Assembly: GCA_039683575.1 (NCBI GenBank)
Contig: JBDKRC010000297.1
Location: 1-15,977, forward strand
Reading direction: 5' to 3'
DNA: 15,977 nt
DNA from: Armatimonadia bacterium
GTDB taxonomy: Bacteria; Armatimonadota; Zipacnadia; Zipacnadales; UBA11051
A model generated the notes under the pieces. It was not told the DNA's origin, did no database searches, and saw only the letters and a list, made by a program, of their open reading frames with translations. A program made the position numbers and the translations under genes. Below are positions 8,301 through 13,518 of this stretch, in pieces. Within the stretch, counting starts at the first letter, position 1. Each line of letters starts with the position of its first letter.

Positions 8301-8743
8301 ACTGGCGGCCGGGGTTCCCGGAGTCGACCGTCGCGCGGGAGATAGAACTGGTCCATGAGGGAGATGCGGCGTTGCGGTACACGGTCAAGGTGGACCACAA
8401 GGGCGGGGAGGAGAAGTACCCGATCGGCTGGCCGAGCCTGACGTGGAGGCCTGCGCCGGCACTGGACTTCACCGGCAAGCAGGCGCTGACGTTCTGGATA
8501 TACACGACCACGAGCCGGGAGAAGCTGCCGGGGCGGCCGCTCACGCTGTCGCTGCGGAGTGAGGGCGGGGACGACTTGTCCATGCCGCTGAGCCTGGAGA
8601 CAGGGAAGTGGCAGCAGGTGCGGGTGCCGCTGGCGGGCAAGCGCTTGTCGAAGGTGAACTACCTGCACTTCTTCGTTGAGGAAGCGCTGTATGCGGACAA
8701 GGATGAAGTCAGCTTCGTGATTGACGATATGCGGGTGGAGTGA
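5327..8743 (+). CDS. Large secreted DUF4091 / GH123-like glycoside hydrolase with three predicted galactose-binding-like (CBM-like) modules, 1138 aa
   Basis: GGAGG RBS and a signal peptide (MYRFFLFVLVLTLAATVGLA). 'NERESGQIVL...WWPDPLL...LWVTVRCPAGQKAGTYNGTVTL...VRGFSLP', 'YGYDEP' (Asp codon at 6974) and 'NGDGLLIYP...STVRLEAICDGFEDYDYLCLL'. Homologous beta-sandwich modules sit at both termini, with a further CBM4/9-like module ('CGFE...W...VAWDEVSV'). Confidence 0.88.
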   Translation: MYRFFLFVLVLTLAATVGLAQPAMMIDDMENLSAWKTGGQKEASLKPETVIVKQGKAALRFEVKIDHKADEAIQGQQYPKGWPRVERNPQPPLDLSATGGMAFDIYTLSSRAAMPGNSLNVILRDKSDSNWSANLGELPIRQWKHFKLDFPPSFNRSQIVHWQFFLSESDYNDGDFAAFIIDNVQGYAAQQSRQLVPLVESKLAVLKKLGNAEGLAAEVAQARQKLAGVDQLDLTASVAFDRQCAELLGRLDAKIMEAGARKTSSDGSYCVGTETSLRKVMRDDVSFMPGTSLKLGVAGNERESGQIVLRAVGKDIPKLSAEWGDLTGPGGAELAKDAVSVQAVGYVEVLKANYVRDRDGWWPDPLLPLDWPGSGKAGLGPLATAFAKVGETQPLWVTVRCPAGQKAGTYNGTVTLKPEGLPETKVSLQVQVRGFSLPLRPRLKTAFAYFEGEYRGYYKRPMTEAQRRAVEELLLDHKLNPMNLYTPVAWPGLDDAGFMEGKGLNAYCLGYCPATVQGFGDLAYYHYLRDYRGWLREKGLDRDAWLYGYDEPHCRPDWEQLKGVMREVYSLVDAVAPGLPKASTTAIVPDLFGAVNLWIPQTMQVARKDTLGRQKAGDQVWTYVACTPPHPFANYFVEYPALDQRVLGWQTWEEKCTGFLYYATNLWRPNYDGQDARWPEVPWNPRPAKDFAFNGDGLLIYPHPDGSMLSTVRLEAICDGFEDYDYLCLLRDGAAALRATGKKMELVKQAEAATVVPVELSKSLTEFNHDPAVLLAQREKVAELVEQVKVALGEAAWQKVLKTEPALAPQAPKGQDVGMAALPYACGFEAAGGLTPWTSGGSFGAKASFGAVEGAQGKAGVSTGTGKGWADWETPYLKVQAPQQVAIRLRAKPEYKAGTVRVFLFKYGADRRPLDLATRQQGEYAPALVGSLPSTGAWEKHRFVASVPAGTALVRVYLQAFGLDGSVAWDEVSVSEYQQDPNQVDSMDEMGNWRPGFPESTVAREIELVHEGDAALRYTVKVDHKGGEEKYPIGWPSLTWRPAPALDFTGKQALTFWIYTTTSREKLPGRPLTLSLRSEGGDDLSMPLSLETGKWQQVRVPLAGKRLSKVNYLHFFVEEALYADKDEVSFVIDDMRVE

Positions 8744-8757
8744 AGGGCGAGGCCCGC

Positions 8758-9426
8758 TCAGTTGCCGCACACGCTGTCAAAGCGGGTTTGCCAGTAGTCG
8801 TAGAGTGTGTCGACCGTGGCAGCGATGCCGAGTGAACTCACGTGGAGGCACAGGCTGTACTGCCTTGCGTCCACCCAGTCCGCACCCGAGAAGGAAGCGT
8901 GATAGCGGGCCCGGTCGTGGTCGCTCTCCTCAAGCATGTCCCGGGCTTCGTCGGCAGACACATGGTACAACTCCTGTACGCGCCGGAGCCGGAAGCTCTC
9001 GGCGGCGTGGAGGAAGACACTGATGTGCCGGGGATGGGCCTGCAGCACATGGCGTCCCCCCCGGCCCACGATGATTGCGCTCTGCGCCTTGGCGATGTGC
9101 GTGATGATTGTCGACTCGACTTCACGCAGCTCTCCCTCGGTCGGGATCCTGAGTGGGGGAGGGCAGTACAGGCCTTCGGGGCTGCCAGCGGCGAAGGACG
9201 CGATTAGTGACTGCCAGAAGGTCTTGCCCCTCTCCTCCTCTTCCAGTACATCCTCAGAGACATCGAGTTGCTCGGCAGCGCGCTGGAGTATCTCGCGGTC
9301 GTAGCAGGGCATCCCGAGACGACGGGCAAGGTCGCGCCCGATGAGGGCACCGCCGCTCCCCAGTTGCCGGCTGATTGTCAGTACGCATGGCTCCAGCGGC
9401 TGCGCCGAATCTCTGCCGTTTGACAT
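8758..9426 (-). CDS. Cytidylate kinase-like family protein (Cytidylate_kin2 type), about 222 aa
   Basis: ATG at 9426 follows GGAGG. 'VLTISRQLGSGGALIGRDLARRLGMPCYDREIL', 'SAIIVGRGGRHVL', 'SVFLHA...FRLRRV', 'SDHDRARYH...W.DARQYSLCL..SSLGI'. Confidence 0.9.
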   Translation of the reverse strand: MSNGRDSAQPLEPCVLTISRQLGSGGALIGRDLARRLGMPCYDREILQRAAEQLDVSEDVLEEEERGKTFWQSLIASFAAGSPEGLYCPPPLRIPTEGELREVESTIITHIAKAQSAIIVGRGGRHVLQAHPRHISVFLHAAESFRLRRVQELYHVSADEARDMLEESDHDRARYHASFSGADWVDARQYSLCLHVSSLGIAATVDTLYDYWQTRFDSVCGN

Positions 9427-9497
9427 CTCCCGCCTCCAGCCTCGACGTTGGAAAGTCACACTTGCCGGTCCCTACGCCCGGCGCAATTGGCTCAGTG

Positions 9498-11102
9498 CTA
9501 CTCCAAATGAGCCGCAGGCTTACCTTGCCCCTTCATCGGCGAGCGTTTCTCGAAGAGCAACAGCAGTGGCATGGTGGCGAGAAACACAAAGCCCATCAGC
9601 ACGAAGGCATCCTGGTACGACATGATGGCCGACTGCTGGAGCACGGTCTTTTGAACGACTGACAGCGCCTGCTGCCCCGCCGTCGACGCATCATAGCCCC
9701 TGGACATGAAGAACTGCGAAAGTCCCTGCAGCCGCGTGACCGCTGCCGGATTGTAGAGGGTGATATTCTCTGCCAGCACCTGGTAGTGGCCGTCGAGACG
9801 ATGGTTGATGAAGGTAGACAGATACGCAATGCCGGCGCTGCCGCCCAGTTGGCGCATCAGGTTAAACAGCGCGCTGCCCTCGGCCATCTCCCGCCCCGGC
9901 AAGCCCGCCAGCGTCGCAATGGTCATCGGGACGAAGATCAGGCCCAGCGAGGCGCCGCGCAAGATGAGCGGCCACAGTATCTGCGCCGAACCGGTCTGCG
10001 CGTCTATGGTGCGTAACATGAACATGGAAACCACCGCGCCGACCATGCCGAGCGCCGTGATGTTCCGGGGCACAGTGCGGTTGACCAGCCGGCCGGCTAT
10101 AGGCATGGCAAGCGCCGTGGCGATGGCGCCCGGGATCATGATGAGGCCACTTTGCATCGCGGTGTAGCGGCGGATGCCCTGCAGAAACACCGGCAGGATG
10201 AACATGCCGCCATACAGACCGAAGCCGATGACCGTTCCGAAGACGACGCCGGCCGAAAAGCCGCGATGCCGCAACACCCGCAGGTTCAGCACTGGGTGCG
10301 GCACGCGCAACTCCCAGATGATGAACCCGATGACGCCAACGACGGCGCCGGCCGTCAGCCAGACGATCAGGGTGCTCTGGAACCAGCCCTCACGTGTGCC
10401 CTTCTCCAGTAGAGTCTGCAGCGAGCCGAGCCCAACGGCAAGCAGCAGGATACCGATGAGGTCCACCCTACTGCCATGCTGACGCTCGTACTTGGAGTCA
10501 TGCATGAAGATCATCGTCAAGAAAGTGGCGAGGATGCCCACGGGGATGTTTATGTAGAAGATCCAGGGCCAGGTGAAATTGTCCACCAGCCAGCCGCCCA
10601 GAGTGGGTCCGAGTGTGGGACCGACCATGACCCCGACCCCAAAGACGGCCTGTACCATGCCCAACTGGGCCGGTGGGAAGATCTCCATCATGGTTGCCTG
10701 GGCCGTGGCCATCAGGGCCGCCCCGCCCACGCCCTGCAGCATGCGGAAGAAAATGAGCATCGGGAGGTTCCCCGCCATGCCGCAGAACAGCGAGGCGAGT
10801 GTGAACAGAGCCATGGAGCCGGCGAGGTAGTAACGGCGGCCGAAGAGATGTGACAGCCAGCCGGTGAGGGGCAGGGTGATAACGTTGGCGAGGATGTATC
10901 CGGTCGCCACCCAACTGATCTGATCGAGTGTGGCCCCGAGGTTGCCCTGCATCGTCGGGACGGCAACATTGACGATGCTGGTATCGATCATCTGCATCAG
11001 GGTACCCATCATCAGGGCGATCATGATGGTGATACGATTGCTGGAGGTGTACTCCATCCACTCCGGGCGTGGGGCCGCGGTGGGCGTTACTTCGGCTGCC
11101 AT
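9498..11102 (-). CDS. emrB: DHA2-family (EmrB/QacA) MFS efflux transporter, about 534 aa
   Basis: 'MQMIDTSIVNVAVP', 'SWVATGYILA', 'GWLSHLFGRR' (motif A), 'LIFFRMLQGVGG', 'GPTLGPTLGGWLVDNFTWPWIFYINIPVG', 'LFNLMRQLGGSAGIA'. Start placed at ATG 11102, 4 bp after the emrA stop. Confidence 0.93.
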   Translation of the reverse strand: MAAEVTPTAAPRPEWMEYTSSNRITIMIALMMGTLMQMIDTSIVNVAVPTMQGNLGATLDQISWVATGYILANVITLPLTGWLSHLFGRRYYLAGSMALFTLASLFCGMAGNLPMLIFFRMLQGVGGAALMATAQATMMEIFPPAQLGMVQAVFGVGVMVGPTLGPTLGGWLVDNFTWPWIFYINIPVGILATFLTMIFMHDSKYERQHGSRVDLIGILLLAVGLGSLQTLLEKGTREGWFQSTLIVWLTAGAVVGVIGFIIWELRVPHPVLNLRVLRHRGFSAGVVFGTVIGFGLYGGMFILPVFLQGIRRYTAMQSGLIMIPGAIATALAMPIAGRLVNRTVPRNITALGMVGAVVSMFMLRTIDAQTGSAQILWPLILRGASLGLIFVPMTIATLAGLPGREMAEGSALFNLMRQLGGSAGIAYLSTFINHRLDGHYQVLAENITLYNPAAVTRLQGLSQFFMSRGYDASTAGQQALSVVQKTVLQQSAIMSYQDAFVLMGFVFLATMPLLLLFEKRSPMKGQGKPAAHLE

Positions 11103-11106
11103 GGGG

Positions 11107-12705
11107 TTACTGCGACCCTGCCGAGGCCAGGTTGATGGTGGCCTTGGCGGACATCCCGCCGCGGAGGCGGTTGAGGTCTCGCTGTCCGGGGTCAAGGACA
11201 ATCTTGATTGGGACGCGCTGGACAATTTTGGTGAAGTTACCTGAGGCGTTCTCGGGCGGCAGCAGGGCAAACGTCGCGCCGGTGGCGGCGGCAACGCTGT
11301 CGACCCGGCCGGCGAAAGTCAGGCCCTGCAGGGCGTCGACCCTGATTTCTGCCTGCTGCCCTGGGACTACCTTCGCCAACTGCGTTTCCTTGTAGTTGGC
11401 CACCACCCACAATCCCTCGTTCTCCACGATTGACATCAGCGGTGTCCCGGGCTGCACGAGGGCACCTATCGTGGCGCTCTTCTTGCTGACCTCGCCGGCG
11501 CGCGGGGCGTAGATACGGCAGCGCTGGAGTTTGATGATCGCCTCATTGAGGGCGGCCTGGGCCTGGCTGATCCTGGCCTGCGCCTGCGAGGCGTTAGTGC
11601 TGCTCAGGGCGACCTGCTGCGGCGTCGTCTGCGCCTGCTTGAGTTGCCCCAGCGCCCGTACGCGCTGCGCACGCGCCTGCTTCACGCCTTGCTCGGCCAC
11701 TTTCGTGGCCGCGCGGGCAGAGTTAATGTCCTCGGCCACGGCATGTGCTCGCTCGCCGGTGGCACCCAGTTGTGCCTCGGCGGCAGCCACTGAGGCTTGA
11801 ACCGCCGACAACCGCTGCTTGGCCGCTTCGAGGTCCGCCACGCGTCCAGCCACGGTCTGCTTCGCCATTTCCACCTGTTGCCGGGCGCTCTCCACCTGCG
11901 CCTGGGCAACGTCGTTGGCCGATACGGCGTGGTCATAGACCTGCCGGCTCGCGGCGCCTTGCCCGACGAGTACCTTATAGCGTTTCATGTCGGCGGCGGC
12001 ATTGGTGGCGGTGGCTGAGGCGGCAGTTACGCTTGCTTCGGCTACGCGGACCCCAGCCTTTGCGTTGGTCACCGCGGTGGCCGCTGCCTCCACCGAGGCC
12101 TGCGCCTGCCGGAGATTGGCGCGCGCTGCCTCCACGCCCGCCTGGGCGGTCGCGATGCCGGCTTGCGCTTCACGGGTCGAGGCTGTCGACTTGGCAATGG
12201 TGGCTTGTGAAGCGGCCACCTGAGCCTCGGCGCTACCGATGCCGCTCTGGGCCTGCTCGACACCGCCCTGCGCCTGCTGGAGCTCGGCGGTGCCCGTCGC
12301 CGAGGTGAGGGAGACGCTGACGTTAGCGCCCTGCGCCGCGGCGATAGCTGCCTGCAAATTGGCCTGCGCCTGGGCGACCGCCGCGCGATAGGACGATTCG
12401 TCCAGCACCACCAACAGTTGCCCCGGCTTGACCATGTCGTTGTCATGGACGAGTACCTGGGTGATCGTGCCGGTCACCTGCGGCGCGATCTGGGTCATGT
12501 CGGAGGTCAGGTATGCATCATCAGTGGCGGTGTGGGTCTTGGCCTGCACATAGCTGCCGTGGCCCCACCACGCCCCGCCGAGTAGCAATAAAGCGAAGAT
12601 GACGGGGCCTAGAAAGCGGGTGGGGCGCCTGCTCGGCGGTGCGGCAGGGGCGTCTGGGGAGGCGTCGTCGCCGTTGGCAGGCATGGCGCTGATATCCTCG
12701 GACAT
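11107..12705 (-). CDS. emrA: HlyD/EmrA-family periplasmic adaptor with an extended coiled-coil hairpin, 532 aa
   Basis: Single N-terminal TM helix. 'TDDAYL...IAPQVTGTITQVLVHDNDMVKPGQLLVVLD', 'IYAPRAGEV...GALVQPGTPLMSIV...LWVVANYKETQL' and the EmrA signature 'ATGATFALLPPENASGNFTKIVQRVPIKI'. Confidence 0.93.
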   Translation of the reverse strand: MSEDISAMPANGDDASPDAPAAPPSRRPTRFLGPVIFALLLLGGAWWGHGSYVQAKTHTATDDAYLTSDMTQIAPQVTGTITQVLVHDNDMVKPGQLLVVLDESSYRAAVAQAQANLQAAIAAAQGANVSVSLTSATGTAELQQAQGGVEQAQSGIGSAEAQVAASQATIAKSTASTREAQAGIATAQAGVEAARANLRQAQASVEAAATAVTNAKAGVRVAEASVTAASATATNAAADMKRYKVLVGQGAASRQVYDHAVSANDVAQAQVESARQQVEMAKQTVAGRVADLEAAKQRLSAVQASVAAAEAQLGATGERAHAVAEDINSARAATKVAEQGVKQARAQRVRALGQLKQAQTTPQQVALSSTNASQAQARISQAQAALNEAIIKLQRCRIYAPRAGEVSKKSATIGALVQPGTPLMSIVENEGLWVVANYKETQLAKVVPGQQAEIRVDALQGLTFAGRVDSVAAATGATFALLPPENASGNFTKIVQRVPIKIVLDPGQRDLNRLRGGMSAKATINLASAGSQ

Positions 12706-12717
12706 TCAACATCACTC

Positions 12718-13203
12718 TCAGTCTGTGTCAGGGGTTGCGGAGACGTCCGCCGGTGCCAGTATCTCTTGCATATGCCGAAGGCCCGCCGCAACGACGTCGA
12801 CGGCCTGTGGTGTAAGTCCACTCAGCCGCTCGGCCAGCCGGGCCGCGAGGGCACGTCGTGCTTGAACCATTGTGGAATGCCCCATGGGCGTGCAGTGAAG
12901 CTGTGCGCGGCGCCGGTCCTGCGGGCAAACTTCCTGCCGCACATAGCCCTGAGCCACCAGGCCTTCCATCAGCTTGGAGACAGAAGACAGTGTGAGCCCG
13001 AGCAGTTCCGACAGCTCGGACGGTGACAAGCCGTCACGGCGATCAATGCAGGAGAGCGCCCGGAATTGCGTGTGCGTCAGGTCGGTGGGGCGTATGAGGC
13101 GGGCCTCCTCACGGATGATGGTCATGAGCAGCGGCACGACATCCATGAGCAGTTCGCCACAGGCTGCAGCCCGGGAAATAGTTGAATTATTCAACTGTTT
13201 CAT
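12718..13203 (-). CDS. MarR-family transcriptional regulator, about 161 aa
   Basis: 'DLTHTQFRALSCI...GLSPSELSELLGLTLSSVSKLMEGLVAQGYVRQEVCPQDRRRAQLHCTPMG' is a winged helix with the DRR motif. ATG 13203 lies 7 nt after a -10 box. Confidence 0.92.
   Translation of the reverse strand: MKQLNNSTISRAAACGELLMDVVPLLMTIIREEARLIRPTDLTHTQFRALSCIDRRDGLSPSELSELLGLTLSSVSKLMEGLVAQGYVRQEVCPQDRRRAQLHCTPMGHSTMVQARRALAARLAERLSGLTPQAVDVVAAGLRHMQEILAPADVSATPDTD
13176..13200. promoter_or_regulatory. AT-rich palindrome, candidate MarR operator inside codons 2-10 of marR
   Basis: aaatagttgaat-t-attcaactgttt: 12-bp arms with one mismatch and a perfect core AGTTGAAT-N-ATTCAACT, strongly AT-rich against the GC-rich background. 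Confidence 0.75.
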
Positions 13204-13210
13204 GGGCGAA

Positions 13211-13239
13211 AGTATACTGTCGTCCGGCGAACGGGTCAA
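13211..13239 (-). promoter_or_regulatory. Sigma70-type promoter of the marR-emrA-emrB operon
   Basis: Minus strand: TTGACC (13239-13234), 17 nt, TATACT (13216-13211), 7 nt, ATG. Confidence 0.85.
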
Positions 13240-13313
13240 GTGCAGACATCGGTCGTGTCGCTTTGAGGAGCGCAGGGGAGGCAATGACGGCAGAGGTTGG
13301 GGGCTACGAAGGG

Positions 13314-13345
13314 AAGAATCAAAGAGCCAGCCCAATGGGCTGGCT
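13314..13345 (-). terminator. Intrinsic terminator after tRNA-Ser
   Basis: Minus strand agccagccca-t-tgggctggct (10-bp inverted repeat) followed by ctttgattctt, 8 nt after the tRNA CCA. Confidence 0.75.
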
Positions 13346-13353
13346 GAAGAAGT

Positions 13354-13439
<86 letters not shown>

Positions 13440-13447
13440 GCTTATAT

Positions 13448-13456
13448 TGTTAATAT
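13448..13456 (+). promoter_or_regulatory. Candidate extended -10 promoter (TG-t-TAATAT) for the heparinase II/III-like gene
   Basis: TG at 13448-13449 and TAATAT at 13451-13456, with no recognisable -35. It overlaps the tRNA -10 on the opposite strand. Confidence 0.5.
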
Positions 13457-13480
13457 AGGCATATCATCGGATGATGTCAA
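13452..13480 (-). promoter_or_regulatory. Near-consensus sigma70 promoter of tRNA-Ser
   Basis: Minus strand TTGACA (13480-13475), 17 nt, TATATT (13457-13452). Predicted TSS near 13445, about 6 nt before the tRNA 5' end. Confidence 0.85.
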
Positions 13481-13518
13481 ACCCCTACCGGAACGCCGGT
13501 GGTGCCAGAGGGTATTTC

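Noticed and set aside
1..8743. Strong G-over-C skew on the + strand (for example 31 G versus 8 C at 601-660)
   Set aside because: Consistent with coding-strand bias plus replication-strand skew. It is also present after 13519, so it does not mark a distinct element.
11103..11294. Extended emrB start overlapping emrA
   Set aside because: It would overlap emrA by about 190 bp with low-complexity sequence. ATG 11102, just after the emrA stop, is more plausible.
13204..13335. Extended marR start at 13335
   Set aside because: It runs through the promoter and the tRNA terminator.
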